The position numbers were made by a program, and so were the translations under genes. This document shows, piece after piece, positions 48,519 to 58,948 of a stretch of 64,000 bases of DNA. Source of the DNA: an uncultured Pseudomonadota bacterium (GTDB taxonomy: Bacteria > Vulcanimicrobiota > Vulcanimicrobiia > Eremiobacterales > Eremiobacteraceae); assembly GCA_963736005.1 (NCBI GenBank), contig CAVTNB010000001.1:544001-608000 (forward strand), read 5' to 3'. Below the pieces are notes generated by a model. That model was not told where the DNA came from. It made no database searches and saw nothing but the letters and a program-made list of their open reading frames with translations. Every line of letters begins with the position of its first letter. Positions within the stretch are counted from its first letter, which is position 1.

Positions 48519-50828
48519 TTACTGTCGCGAATCGGGAATGCAGACAAAAGATCCTAAGTTTGGAATGGTCATGGTGTTCTTCGGAATATTTACCTGGAAA
48601 TGACATGGTCCGGCAGAGCTTTGGGCCGAAAGTGAAAGCGTGCTGCCCGCTCTCACCCCGCCCAAATAAAGCTCGCCGTCTTCTCCAACGGGCCACGAGC
48701 TCTGTCCGTCCGAAGTGTGCACGATCGCGCCGGTACCCAAAGGCAGCCCGTCGCTACCCGTCACCGTCAGTACCACCCCACCGGCGGGTTTAACGGGGAA
48801 GACGGCCGTGACAGGGCTCCCATAATATGGCACCGCAGTGATCTGAGGCTCGCCGATATTTTCTGCGACCGGCAAATCTGACGATTCAACCCGGATGTAA
48901 TTGGTCTGATAAGGCTGCAGCGATGCAGCCAGGAGTCGACCCCGGGAGTCCGTGCGGCCCTCATTTTCGCCATTCACGTAGACGTGAACGTCGGGGTAAC
49001 CTGGGAGCTCTACGAGCGCGTAACTGTTGTCTATGCGCGGCGCGAGATACCATCCGTTGTCGACGTTCACCATTGAACCGGTTGCATCGACAGAGTAGGC
49101 CGTGCCGCCGCCGTTATTGCTGACCTCGGTGTCGATGACTCCTGTTCGGCCCCATTGCTCGATGTTGGCGTCAAAGCCCGCGCTTGATCCGGATTGCGCA
49201 AGTAAACGATACGCAAAGCCTTCGTTCGGTTGCGGCGTCCGTTCGCTAATATCAATGCTCTGTGATGCGTGGCTTTTGTCGACGGTCGCCTCCGAGATGA
49301 GCGAGCCGCGTCGGCCGAGAGCCACCGAATAGAGCAACGTGGCATCGATCGCATGCGCCGTTTGGTCGTCCAGCGCGATGAAACTCAATTGGCCGGAAGC
49401 GACGCTTCTGGACAAATTGAAGCTAGCTATTTCGTCTGTTTGTTGACCGGGGCGTGATCGCTCCACAATTCCTAGGCCGAGCGTGGTGCGTCGCCCGAGA
49501 GCGAGGCCAACATTGCCGCTTATTTGCTGCGTCCATTCGGTGCAAGTGAGGATGCACCCAACGGTGCTGAAACCTTTCGAGGCCTCGGCGATCTGCGCGC
49601 CGATGGAAATGCCCCGGTCGCTCTGCTGGTACCCGAAGCTCAACTTCCCGCCCGCAGTCTGACCAGTGCTTTCCGCTGCCCCAAGGGCCAAAACTCCAAT
49701 ATCGTCCAACCCCCAGTTCCCTGCAAGGGAAGCCATTGTTAATCGACCCTGCGTTTCGAGATGCGCCTCACCCGTGAAGCTTTCGGAAAATCCGTGGCGC
49801 CAGGTGCCGTCCATGAGAAACTGTCCGTAGGTGCCGGACGTTAATCCGTAATCTTCACGCGGAAAACCAGCAGAATACGAGAAGGCGCTGAGACCGCTTT
49901 TGAGGAGGGAATTAGACGCGTAGAACGAGCTTGTCAAATGTCGCTCATTTCCCAAAATGTCCTTCACCGTGACTTGAATTTGACCTTGACCGGTCACCAC
50001 GGGTAGATTTGCTATGTCCACCGGTCCCGGCTGCACCTGGCTGCTGTACTCTTTAATGCCGTTCACGTAGATGTCTACGAGCGACGGCAATGTTGCGGCA
50101 AGCGACAGCTGCGGCGTGGGGAACGTGATAAAACCGGGATCTGTAGAAAAGTTTGATTCCCACGTGATGCCGGCGAAGCGTACAGGTAATCCTAGCTGGC
50201 TCATCCCCGTCACGGCATCGCCCAGGAACCACGTCGCGCGGTCCGCGAGATCATCATGCCGAAGCGTGGTTGAGAGCCGTACGATCCCGTGCGATTGAAG
50301 AGCGCCTGCCTGGTAATCAAATGACTGCGTCAGGACCATTCCGTTAGCGGCGTAGTTGGCGTCAAAGATGCCGGCAGATGCGAACGATCGAGCTGCGCCA
50401 AACATATGCACATCATAATTCAGAAATCCCCCTGTGCCTCGCTCTGGAGGAGCGGCCCGCGTCCGTCGAGCGTCGACCGTGGTGGGTGCAAACGCTGCAG
50501 CACTCGCGTCGATGTTCAAGACTTGGTTCGGCTCGTCAAATGAGACGTGATCAATATGAAGAGATCCATCAAGCGGCACATACACGTTGCCGCGGTGCGT
50601 GATGCGGCGGGAAATCGGGACTGTAAGGCGCCAGGACCGCACCTCCGAAAGGGCCGCCCAGTAGGTATCGTCTTGTTTTAGAATGACACTCCCTTGCGAA
50701 ACAGCAACGCCGTTCAGCACGACCCCACAGAGAATTTCGCGATAGGTTTGATCAGGCCACGCTGGAAGCGCTGCGATGCCCAGCCAAACAAGTAATGCTG
50801 CGCAGAAAAAGGCGCAGCGCCTGGTCAT
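48519..50828 (-). CDS. Fimbrial outer-membrane usher
   Basis: GGFLNYD, PVRFAGI, PSLVDIYVNG, LKSGLSAFSYSAG, GRTDSRG, VGEDGELY. Confidence 0.9.
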   Translation of the reverse strand: MTRRCAFFCAALLVWLGIAALPAWPDQTYREILCGVVLNGVAVSQGSVILKQDDTYWAALSEVRSWRLTVPISRRITHRGNVYVPLDGSLHIDHVSFDEPNQVLNIDASAAAFAPTTVDARRTRAAPPERGTGGFLNYDVHMFGAARSFASAGIFDANYAANGMVLTQSFDYQAGALQSHGIVRLSTTLRHDDLADRATWFLGDAVTGMSQLGLPVRFAGITWESNFSTDPGFITFPTPQLSLAATLPSLVDIYVNGIKEYSSQVQPGPVDIANLPVVTGQGQIQVTVKDILGNERHLTSSFYASNSLLKSGLSAFSYSAGFPREDYGLTSGTYGQFLMDGTWRHGFSESFTGEAHLETQGRLTMASLAGNWGLDDIGVLALGAAESTGQTAGGKLSFGYQQSDRGISIGAQIAEASKGFSTVGCILTCTEWTQQISGNVGLALGRRTTLGLGIVERSRPGQQTDEIASFNLSRSVASGQLSFIALDDQTAHAIDATLLYSVALGRRGSLISEATVDKSHASQSIDISERTPQPNEGFAYRLLAQSGSSAGFDANIEQWGRTGVIDTEVSNNGGGTAYSVDATGSMVNVDNGWYLAPRIDNSYALVELPGYPDVHVYVNGENEGRTDSRGRLLAASLQPYQTNYIRVESSDLPVAENIGEPQITAVPYYGSPVTAVFPVKPAGGVVLTVTGSDGLPLGTGAIVHTSDGQSSWPVGEDGELYLGGVRAGSTLSLSAQSSAGPCHFQVNIPKNTMTIPNLGSFVCIPDSRQ

Positions 50829-50830
50829 AC

Positions 50831-51559
50831 CTACCGCCCGGCAGGTATGAGCGGCACCTGCACGACGCCGTCATCCGTATGCAGTTCAACCGCTAAATCG
50901 AAGAGCTCGTTCGGCACGGCAAACTTTATTGGGAATGCTCTCGTCTCGTGGGCCAACACGTAAGAGGCCAGCGTGCCTGCAAACAGGATATGGCCGGTGC
51001 CCGCTTGCTTGATCCAGAGCTGGCTGACCTGGGCATGGATGTTGCCAGCGTTCGCTATTGTGAGCAAACCCCGATTTCGACCGGATCCTGCAAGCGAACA
51101 CGAGAGCAAAGGATGTCCTGCGGCTGACGGCTGGAGGAAGACCGGAAGCGCAAATTCCATCTGGAATGCGATGCCCATCCGTGCCTTAACCGGCGCGTTG
51201 AGCTGCTTGATGAACACCCGGTAGGTTCGTTCCGTGCTTGCGTCCGGCATAATGCGCGAACCGATGCGAAGCACTTGGCGCGCGCCGGGCTGCAGTGAGA
51301 ATATAAGGGGCGAGACAATGAGATCGTCCGTGGGTGATAGCACGTCTTTGCCGTTCTGCTGCGTCCACCGGGAAACGTGTATTTGGAAAAGGTCTATTGC
51401 GACATCGTTGTTTGTGAGTTCGACCGTTTGAATCGGCTGACGTGCGGATATCTGAAGTCGTGGGGGCGTCACTTCGATACCCCCCAAATTAGCGCCGGCA
51501 GCAAGCAAAGGTAAGAAGGACGCGGCAAAACAAAACGCGGCCAAGATACCTTTCTTCAT
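50831..51559 (-). CDS. Fimbrial periplasmic chaperone
   Basis: Signal peptide, WTQQNG.D, LIVSPLIFSLQPGARQVLRI, ERTYRVFI, LPVF, NAGNIH. Confidence 0.88.
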   Translation of the reverse strand: MKKGILAAFCFAASFLPLLAAGANLGGIEVTPPRLQISARQPIQTVELTNNDVAIDLFQIHVSRWTQQNGKDVLSPTDDLIVSPLIFSLQPGARQVLRIGSRIMPDASTERTYRVFIKQLNAPVKARMGIAFQMEFALPVFLQPSAAGHPLLSCSLAGSGRNRGLLTIANAGNIHAQVSQLWIKQAGTGHILFAGTLASYVLAHETRAFPIKFAVPNELFDLAVELHTDDGVVQVPLIPAGR

Positions 51560-51590
51560 TGCGGTGGATCCAAGATCGAGCTGGTTTATG

Positions 51591-52121
51591 CTAGAAGGAC
51601 ACCGTGATGACGACCTTGTCCTGGTAAGTGCCAGCTGGTGTCGTAGTGGTGATTGCACCGACTGGTACATCGCCGAATATGGTGAACGGATCCGGATTAC
51701 CGTCACCGACGGCCGTTTCAGCTGAACCCCCGGCTCCAACCATGCCCGAGCCCCAAACAGTTGTGAAACCTGGATCCTGAAAGAGGTTGTAGGCGATCAA
51801 GACGTCTCCGCCCGAGCCCCCGTTCCAAAGATTCCTAGTGGAGAAACCGGGACCGGGGTTGCCTCCGGTGCTAAGGTCAACCGAATAGGGAATATTCTGG
51901 TTACACATGACGTAAAACGTCATCTGTGCCGGGATATCGCTCGACTGATTGTACAGGTAGTTGGAAGTCCCGAAATCAAGCAACGCGGGATTTTTGACTA
52001 TAGCGCACGCGTTCGTGACATTCAGCGTAGCCAAAAAAGTGTCGCTCGTTGAGTCGGCTCGGGCTACTACCGGAGCCACAAAGCACAACGCGATTGCTGT
52101 TATAAAAAAGAACCTTTTCAT
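51591..52121 (-). CDS. Spore coat protein U domain pilin (Csu-type)
   Basis: Signal peptide, VTNAC...LDFG...CN, YNLFQD...WG, PAGTYQDKVVITVSF. Confidence 0.88.
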   Translation of the reverse strand: MKRFFFITAIALCFVAPVVARADSTSDTFLATLNVTNACAIVKNPALLDFGTSNYLYNQSSDIPAQMTFYVMCNQNIPYSVDLSTGGNPGPGFSTRNLWNGGSGGDVLIAYNLFQDPGFTTVWGSGMVGAGGSAETAVGDGNPDPFTIFGDVPVGAITTTTPAGTYQDKVVITVSF

Positions 52122-52244
52122 TGGAGAAGCTCCTTGAGCTGGAGCACTCTCGTACTCCCTGCTATACGTTAGTTCGGTCAGCTCAATGGAACATCGCAGC
52201 GGCACTGTTGGTATTGCCGCTCTGGCTATGAATCGTAAATGACT

Positions 52245-52309
52245 TGTGATGTTTCACACAAGTAAGGTGTGATTCTTCACACACGCGTGCTGTTTTCGCA
52301 CGCGTGTGT
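52245..52309. promoter_or_regulatory. Tandem TGTGA-N4-TCACA operator-like sites plus a 12-bp inverted repeat upstream of the pilin
   Basis: TGTGATGTTTCACACA (52245-60), TGTGATTCTTCACACA (52268-83), ACACACGCGTGC-N7-GCACGCGTGTGT (52279-309). Confidence 0.55.
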
Positions 52310-52732
52310 TCTTCATTCGGGACTCACAAGATATTCACAGGAGCCTTCGAAAGCGAATAGCCCGGCTCGGCAGATTGGAGGCTAATCGACCTCTAGTCGC
52401 CGGATTCGCTCCCCCGCAAGCGTGAATCGATAATCTAAGGCAATGGTTCCGCCTAACTGAGCAGCAAAGTACCGCGTGATGACTTCTTGTGGCAATGAGA
52501 CGCTATCGTTTCCTGCGTTTATTCTCAGCTACCCGTTCAAAAACGACCTTAAGAACCTTGTAGACAGGCGCAATAACAGAGGCTTTGCTAGGCCCGACTT
52601 TATACTTACAGGGCTTCGCTTCTTCTTTCGTCCGTCGTCGTTGAGCCGGTGTTGAGCACCAAACCGCGCAGAATCCAGCCATTTTAAGTAGCCGACTCCT
52701 AGGTAACAGAAGTGTTGGACCCCAAGTCTGAT

Positions 52733-53026
52733 CTAGATAGTTAGTCCATCGATAAAAACAATCCAATCCGTCTTGGCAGACACAGCCCGTATCTTGCGGG
52801 GAAGTCTATACTCTTCGGATTCGTAAAACTGTTTCGCTGCGTCGAGCGAAGGAAATTCCACGATGGCTAAGTCCGATGGAGCGTTGTTGCCCTCCATCAC
52901 GGTGATTGGCCCAAAAGCAAGATATTTTCCGCCAAACGATTTGAGCGTATTCTGCACAAGCTTCAGGTAGCGTTCAGGCCCCTGCGCCTCAGTCCACTTC
53001 ATTTTAGCTACGGCGTATGCTGGCAT
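52733..53026 (-). CDS. DUF1330 protein
   Basis: MPAY, FGGKYLA, IVEFPSLDAAKQFYESEEY; GGGAGG RBS. Confidence 0.88.
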   Translation of the reverse strand: MPAYAVAKMKWTEAQGPERYLKLVQNTLKSFGGKYLAFGPITVMEGNNAPSDLAIVEFPSLDAAKQFYESEEYRLPRKIRAVSAKTDWIVFIDGLTI

Positions 53027-53396
53027 GCTATGCCTCCCAATGAGATCGGGGAGCGGTTGTCCGTATCAATTGTATGCCACTTCGCTAGTATGATCACGCT
53101 GAAGCTCGCACGGCAACGCTGAGGGTGCGGGCTTGGGTCTGGCTACTGCCAAGCGCGATCACTGCGAGCGCACGTTCGATATCGCCCAGGCGATTTCAGA
53201 ACTGTAGGGTTGGTTTAAGATGATTGTGGCGTCGCAGGTCCGCTCTGGCAGCCTTGTCGCGCTTTGCTCGGAGGCGATGGTTCGCATCCTGAAGTTTCTC
53301 CGGCGACGTGCAAGCATGGTAGTGGATTCTCTTATCGCTGTGCAAGAGGCTGCTCGACCGCTGCCGTGGGGCTTCATCCGTGTTATACTACCGTAC

Positions 53397-53594
53397 ATGC
53401 GTAAGGATAAATTACCGTATTCCGATAGCGACGACGATGTCATCGCACCCGACGTTGCACCTCGCCACGATCAACCGCTCGATCCTGCTGAGGCCGTTCG
53501 CCTTGAAGAGGAAAAATACGCCGACAGCAGTGCGGACGAAAATCGTGACGACGAGCTCGACGCGCATCACGCGGATCAGGACGACGTCGTCTGA
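53397..53594 (+). CDS. Small highly acidic protein
   Basis: MRKDKLPYSDSDDDVIAPDVAP...DELDAHHADQDDVV; TATACT 7 nt upstream; homologous relic at 55448-55583. Confidence 0.6.
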   Translation: MRKDKLPYSDSDDDVIAPDVAPRHDQPLDPAEAVRLEEEKYADSSADENRDDELDAHHADQDDVV

Positions 53595-53782
53595 GTGGTT
53601 CTCCTTCCCGACCCAGGTATGGCGTGTCCGTGCGGCTCTGCAAAGCAAGAACAATAATACAATCTCATGCCAAGAACGGCTTTGTTGAAGAGTTCTAAGC
53701 TATGTGATACTTGCGGTCTTATTTACGAGGATTTACACGCAGGAAAGATTGCAAAAAACCGACGACTTTCCGCAACGGCCGA

Positions 53783-55444
53783 CTATGCTGGCTGCTGCAC
53801 CTGTTGGGACTCCAGGTATTGATAGATATACGAGATCACGATACTACCTTCGCCGACCGCCGACGCGACGCGCTTGACCGACGAGCTGCGAACGTCACCC
53901 GCCGCGAAGATCCCGGGGATGCTCGTTTCGAGCGGATAAGGCTTCCTCTCGAGCCGCCAATCTTCGATCTCTCGTCCCGTGCGAATATAGCCGTGCTGAT
54001 CTCGCTCTAGTTCCTCGGGCAACCAAGAAGTCTCCGCATCGGCGCCGATAAAGATGAACAGCGCATGAGCGTCGCGTTCTTGCTCTGCGCCCGAAACGCT
54101 CGATCGAGTGACGATCCGCTCCAGACGCCCATCGCCGTCGACCGCTTCGAGGCTCGTACAGGTTTCGACCGCAATGTTTGACACCGCGCGAATCTGCTCG
54201 ATCAAATATTGCGACATCGTTCGCTCGAGTCCATTACCGCGAACCAAGATCGTCACGCTGCGCGCGTAAGGCGAGAAGAACATCGAGGCCTGTCCCGCCG
54301 AATTTCCGCCGCCGACGAGAAAAATGTCCTTCCCGCGAACGGAGTAAGCTTCGCCGCGTGACGCACCGTAAAAGACGCCGCGTCCGACTCGCGCGTCGAG
54401 CCCCGGCGTCGGCAGCTTCCGCCACGCTACGCCCGTTGCGAGTACACTACTGCGCGCGCGAACCTCCATTCCGCCATCTAACACCACGACAAACCCGGCG
54501 TTGTCAGGCCGGATTTCGCACACGGACCGCGTGACGACGATTTCCGCGCCTAGCCGTTTGGCTTGCTGCAGCGCGCGATGCGCCAGCTCGCCTCCGGAGA
54601 TTCCGCTGACGAACCCGAGATAGTTTTCGATGCGTGACGACGTGCCAGCTTGTCCGCCAGGCGCGTCCTGCTCGATCAAGATCGTTGCAAGACCCTCAGA
54701 GCCTCCATACACTGCCGCGGCCAAACCCGCCGGACCACCGCCGATGATTACCACGTCGTACTCGCGGAGTCGCGGCGCGATCGGAAGACCGATGGCTTCC
54801 GCAAGCACTCGATGATCCGGTTTGACGAACGTACGCCCGTCGGAGAGACGCACGAGCGGCCACGTCGACGTGCCGACGCTGAGCTTCGCAATAGATTCCG
54901 CATCGATCGCATCGTCGAGATCGAGCCATTCAAACGCCACCTGGTTGCGTGAGAGGAAGTCGCGAATCGCATGCGAGCCCGCGTCGAGATCGCTGCCAAT
55001 CACGACGGCCTGCCGCGCCCCGTACTTTCCGTACGCTTCGTCGAAAATCGTCACGCGGCGAATTAGTGTTTGAGCCACAACGGCCGCCGCCTCTTTTGAC
55101 TCGGAAATGAGCAAATGGAAATCGGCCGGATCGACGCGCATCAAACGCGATGGGCGGAGCGCGCGAATCGAAATGAACGAATCCGTGCCGAAAATGACAG
55201 CAAACTCGCCGAAGTATTCACTCGGATCAAAAGTCGTTGCCTGGGTCTCTTGTCCACTCAGGAGCCGCACCCGCTCTACCTCCCCTGAAAGAACGACCCA
55301 CAGATATGCGGCATCGCCTTCTCGCGTGACCCACTCCCCGGGTGCCGCCACGATCTCGGCGGAATGCGAAGCAATACGCGCTCGCAGCGTCGGCGCTGCG
55401 CCGGCGAAAAGCGGGATCTCTGCCAGCTCTCCGGCTTCGATCAT
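53783..55444 (-). CDS. cNMP-binding domain + thioredoxin-reductase-like FAD oxidoreductase
   Basis: cNMP domain (YFGE), GGGPAGL, GGQAGTSSRIENYLGF, GGGNSAGQ, FAAGDVR...KRVASAVGEG. Confidence 0.9.
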   Translation of the reverse strand: MIEAGELAEIPLFAGAAPTLRARIASHSAEIVAAPGEWVTREGDAAYLWVVLSGEVERVRLLSGQETQATTFDPSEYFGEFAVIFGTDSFISIRALRPSRLMRVDPADFHLLISESKEAAAVVAQTLIRRVTIFDEAYGKYGARQAVVIGSDLDAGSHAIRDFLSRNQVAFEWLDLDDAIDAESIAKLSVGTSTWPLVRLSDGRTFVKPDHRVLAEAIGLPIAPRLREYDVVIIGGGPAGLAAAVYGGSEGLATILIEQDAPGGQAGTSSRIENYLGFVSGISGGELAHRALQQAKRLGAEIVVTRSVCEIRPDNAGFVVVLDGGMEVRARSSVLATGVAWRKLPTPGLDARVGRGVFYGASRGEAYSVRGKDIFLVGGGNSAGQASMFFSPYARSVTILVRGNGLERTMSQYLIEQIRAVSNIAVETCTSLEAVDGDGRLERIVTRSSVSGAEQERDAHALFIFIGADAETSWLPEELERDQHGYIRTGREIEDWRLERKPYPLETSIPGIFAAGDVRSSSVKRVASAVGEGSIVISYIYQYLESQQVQQPA

Positions 55445-55447
55445 GCG

Positions 55448-55583
55448 TCAGACAATGTCATCGAGGTCGGCGTGGTTAGCATCACGCTGATCGGCTCTTG
55501 CTAGGCGGGGGCAACGTAGAGAGCAACGTCGGGAGCGACATAGTCGCCATCGTCGTCGGGATAAGGGATCGGTCGCTGTCCAT
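55448..55583 (-). pseudogene. Decayed paralogue of the small acidic protein at 53397
   Basis: Fragments IPYPDDDGDYVAPDVA and DQRDANHADLDDIV* in different frames, with an in-frame TAG. Confidence 0.6.
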
Positions 55584-55977
55584 AGTGCCTCGAATTCTGC
55601 ATGAAGGCGGGTACACCCTTAGACGTCGACGCTCTCGCGCTAGGCACTCAAGTGGTCTCGATTCGCACCCCCAAAGAGCCCCCATACGCGTTGATTATCA
55701 TGGACGTGCACGGACAGGGCTGCAGGTGCAGAAAAAGCCCAATCCCTACATGATCGAGGCTCTTCCTTTGTTTCTGCCTAGTTGCTTGTCGAGTCGCCTC
55801 TAACGGCCGTCGCGCCCCAGACAGGCGCAATAGCGGAGGCTTTGATATTGCGCGACCTTATGCTATGGGGCGTCGGTTCTTCTTTCGGTCGTCGTTGTGA
55901 AGCCCCGTGTCGAGTGACTTGGCTGCCGGCGCCTGTTTGGAGGGCGCCGCTTCCTGAGGCCGCAAATATCACGGCTT

Positions 55978-58185
55978 ATGATGAATAAAAGCCAACTGTT
56001 TCTTGCATTTAGCTTAGCGCTAGTCGGGCTGATAGTCACACCCCGCACTACTGTCGCCGTTGCCGGTACTGGACCCTCAAACGCGACCCAGACGACGGTC
56101 GCGCACGCTATGAAGGAGGTGCCGCCCAACACCGATCCGTTTTTATGGCTGGAACAGGTAAAAAGCCCGCGAGCTTTAGCGTGGGTGAACGCGCAGGACG
56201 CGCAGACGGTAGCCGTGCTCGAGCATGACCCCCACTTTAGAGTCTTCTATGCGCAAGCGCTAAAAATCGATGAATCGAAAACTCGGATCCCTTACCCAAT
56301 GACAATTGCCGGAAGCATTTACAATTTTTGGCAAGACCACACGTACGTGCGAGGCATCTTGCGGCGCACGTCGCTCCAGCGTTATGTCAGTAAGTCGCCG
56401 CTTTGGACGACAGTGCTCGACCTTGATGCCGTAGCCAATGCAGAACATGCAAACTGGGTTTGGGAGGGAGTCAGCTGCGCGCTGCCGCGCGAGCAACGCT
56501 GTCTGGTTTTCTTGTCTGATGGCGGCGAAGACGCGGTAACTATTCGCGAATTCGATCTTGGGTCTGGACGTTTTGTTTCCGGCGGCTTTGTGTTTTCGCG
56601 GCAAAAGCAATATCCCGCCTGGGAAGATGAAAATACTCTTCTCGTTTCTCGTGCCTGGACACAACGCGAACTGACTCTGTCTGGATATCCGTATGACGTC
56701 AGGGAACTGACGCGCGGTCAACCGCTTGATCAGGCCAAAGAGATCTATCGAGGGTCACAAAGCGACATTGACGTGAACCCAAACGTCTATCGCGATGGAG
56801 CAGGTCACAAGCTTACGATGATTGAGCGCGACATCGCATCATTTAAGAGCGAGTTTTATCTCGTTACGGCAAACGGCCTTCCCAAACTTGACTTGCCGCA
56901 AAAAGTCGGCATCGTCGGCCTAGTAGCCGGAAGACTCCTGGTCTCCCTCAATGAAAACTGGACGGTTGGAGGCCACGCATTTCCGTCTGGCTCGCTTATA
57001 TCCGTCGATCTGACAAACATCATGAGCGAGCCTGCTCATCTCAAGCCTACCCTCGTGTATGCTCCCGGCCCGCGTGAATCAGTGTATGGCGTGCTGATAA
57101 CAAAAGACCACGCCCTCATGGTCGTTTATCACAACGTCAAAGGTGTAGCATTCAGCCTCACACCCGGCGTTGAGGACTCATGGACTAAAGTGAAACTGAG
57201 ATTGCCCGACAATTTGTCAATCAATTTGGATGACTCCAACTTGCGGAATAACAGCGTGTTCTTGGACGCCAACGGGTTCTTAACGCCGACTACCCTTTCT
57301 CTGGCAGATGCGGCCACGGACACGTTATCCGCAATTAAATCGCAACCTGCACAATTCGATGCATCAAGAGATGTAGTCGAGCAAGGTCAGGCGACGTCAA
57401 AGGACGGTACCAAGATACCCTACTTTGTGGTGCGCCCCGAGCACATGATCTTCAAAGGCGCAAATCCCACAGTGTTATACGGATACGGCGGTTTTCAAAT
57501 CTCAATCACGCCGTACTACGAGCCGAACATTGGGAAGCTTTGGTTGGAGCGCGGAGGCGTTTTTGTCGTCGCCAACATTCGTGGGGGCGGTGAATTTGGA
57601 CCAGCTTGGCATGAAGCTGGTCTCAAGACGCATCGTCAGCGAATTTATGACGATTTTTACGCGGTCGCTCGCGACCTTATGGTTCGCAAGATTACATCGC
57701 CGCGATACCTCGGCATTCAGGGCGCTTCCAACGGCGGACTGTTGATGGGGGTTGAGTTCACGCAGCACCCTGAGATGTGGAACGCAGTCGACATTGGGCT
57801 TCCTTTGCTTGACATGCTGCGCTACGAGCAAATCAATGCGGGAGAGTCTTGGTCGGGTGAGTACGGGAGCGTTTCTAACCCCGCGGAAAAAGCTTTCCTC
57901 GCATCGATTTCGCCGTACCAAAATATAAAACCGGGCCTTGCTTACCCAGAGCCCTTTATCTGGACAACGTACAAGGACGATCGCGTGGGACCTCAACACG
58001 CGCGCAAGTTCGCGGCGAAGCTCAATGCAATGGGCGTCAAATATTTGTTCTACGAAGTGACCGAAGGCGGTCATGCATTTGGAGCTAATCTCCGCGAAGA
58101 CGCACATACGACCGCGCTGGAGTGGACGTATTTGACGCGCAAACTCATGACTGATCCGGGACCCCCGGGTTTCGGTTCTTTCTAG
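55978..58185 (+). CDS. Secreted prolyl oligopeptidase (S9A)
   Basis: DPFLWLE, SKDGTKIPYF, YGYGGF, NIRGGGEFG, GASNGG, DDRV, GGH. Confidence 0.95.
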   Translation: MMNKSQLFLAFSLALVGLIVTPRTTVAVAGTGPSNATQTTVAHAMKEVPPNTDPFLWLEQVKSPRALAWVNAQDAQTVAVLEHDPHFRVFYAQALKIDESKTRIPYPMTIAGSIYNFWQDHTYVRGILRRTSLQRYVSKSPLWTTVLDLDAVANAEHANWVWEGVSCALPREQRCLVFLSDGGEDAVTIREFDLGSGRFVSGGFVFSRQKQYPAWEDENTLLVSRAWTQRELTLSGYPYDVRELTRGQPLDQAKEIYRGSQSDIDVNPNVYRDGAGHKLTMIERDIASFKSEFYLVTANGLPKLDLPQKVGIVGLVAGRLLVSLNENWTVGGHAFPSGSLISVDLTNIMSEPAHLKPTLVYAPGPRESVYGVLITKDHALMVVYHNVKGVAFSLTPGVEDSWTKVKLRLPDNLSINLDDSNLRNNSVFLDANGFLTPTTLSLADAATDTLSAIKSQPAQFDASRDVVEQGQATSKDGTKIPYFVVRPEHMIFKGANPTVLYGYGGFQISITPYYEPNIGKLWLERGGVFVVANIRGGGEFGPAWHEAGLKTHRQRIYDDFYAVARDLMVRKITSPRYLGIQGASNGGLLMGVEFTQHPEMWNAVDIGLPLLDMLRYEQINAGESWSGEYGSVSNPAEKAFLASISPYQNIKPGLAYPEPFIWTTYKDDRVGPQHARKFAAKLNAMGVKYLFYEVTEGGHAFGANLREDAHTTALEWTYLTRKLMTDPGPPGFGSF

Positions 58186-58414
58186 CACGCTCACGTGCTA
58201 AGGCCTGCTCCGTTGCAGCGTAAATAACGCATAAATCCAGCATCGAGGGGTTGCCTTGGGCGAGGGCAACCGCATATCAACTGATGATGGTCGCTGCTCC
58301 GAGCGTTGACAATTTGCAAGAAGAGTATTGATGACGATAACTATTGCTATAGCGATCTATTTTTCACTCGTTCTCATTAGCGCAACGAATTCTTGGAATT
58401 ATCCTGGGGATGCG

Positions 58415-58897
58415 CTACGGCTTAGGCGCTTCCCAAACTGATCCATCTGAAAACCTAACGAGTGTAGCCTCACAGGTTACATGGTCACGGTTCGGGTTGC
58501 CGTTACGACCATGCCAACTGCGTGGTCCTAGCAGATCGAGTGATGACCTTGGTGCGAGATTCAGTCCATTCGCAGCCTGGTTCGATGCGGTGTCTAAGTT
58601 CGCTGTGCCAAGGACTGCATTGAACGAGTCATAGGAAGTCATCATCACCCTTACCTCGATCACTGGTTTGGAAGAATTATTGGTGAGGGAGACACCAAGA
58701 TCGAAAAGCCGATTCCCCACTGCAGCGTGTATGTTTAAGACGGTCTTATTCCAGTCACGTGCCCAAGCTTCACACGATGTCAATGTGACTGGAGATCCCG
58801 GTGCGGAAATAACGGTAGCGGGATACTGCTTGTCTGCCAGAGCCGGAACAATTCCGGCAATCAGAAGGATCAACACCAGAAGAAGCCAGCTACGCAC
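58415..58897 (-). CDS. Secreted hypothetical protein
   Basis: Signal peptide, PGSPVTLTSC, VRFSDGSVW. Confidence 0.7.
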   Translation of the reverse strand: MRSWLLLVLILLIAGIVPALADKQYPATVISAPGSPVTLTSCEAWARDWNKTVLNIHAAVGNRLFDLGVSLTNNSSKPVIEVRVMMTSYDSFNAVLGTANLDTASNQAANGLNLAPRSSLDLLGPRSWHGRNGNPNRDHVTCEATLVRFSDGSVWEAPKP

Positions 58898-58948
58898 TTC
58901 TACTCACCTGGCAGAGACGCAGATTCAGTCTGCGTGACATATTCTTAG

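Noticed and set aside
52245..52283. Canonical CRP/Rex sites
   Set aside because: The TGTGA-TCACA spacer is 4 bp rather than 6, so they are kept only as unassigned operators
58183..58271. Hairpins after the prolyl oligopeptidase as an ncRNA
   Set aside because: Short stems between convergent genes are adequately explained as terminators
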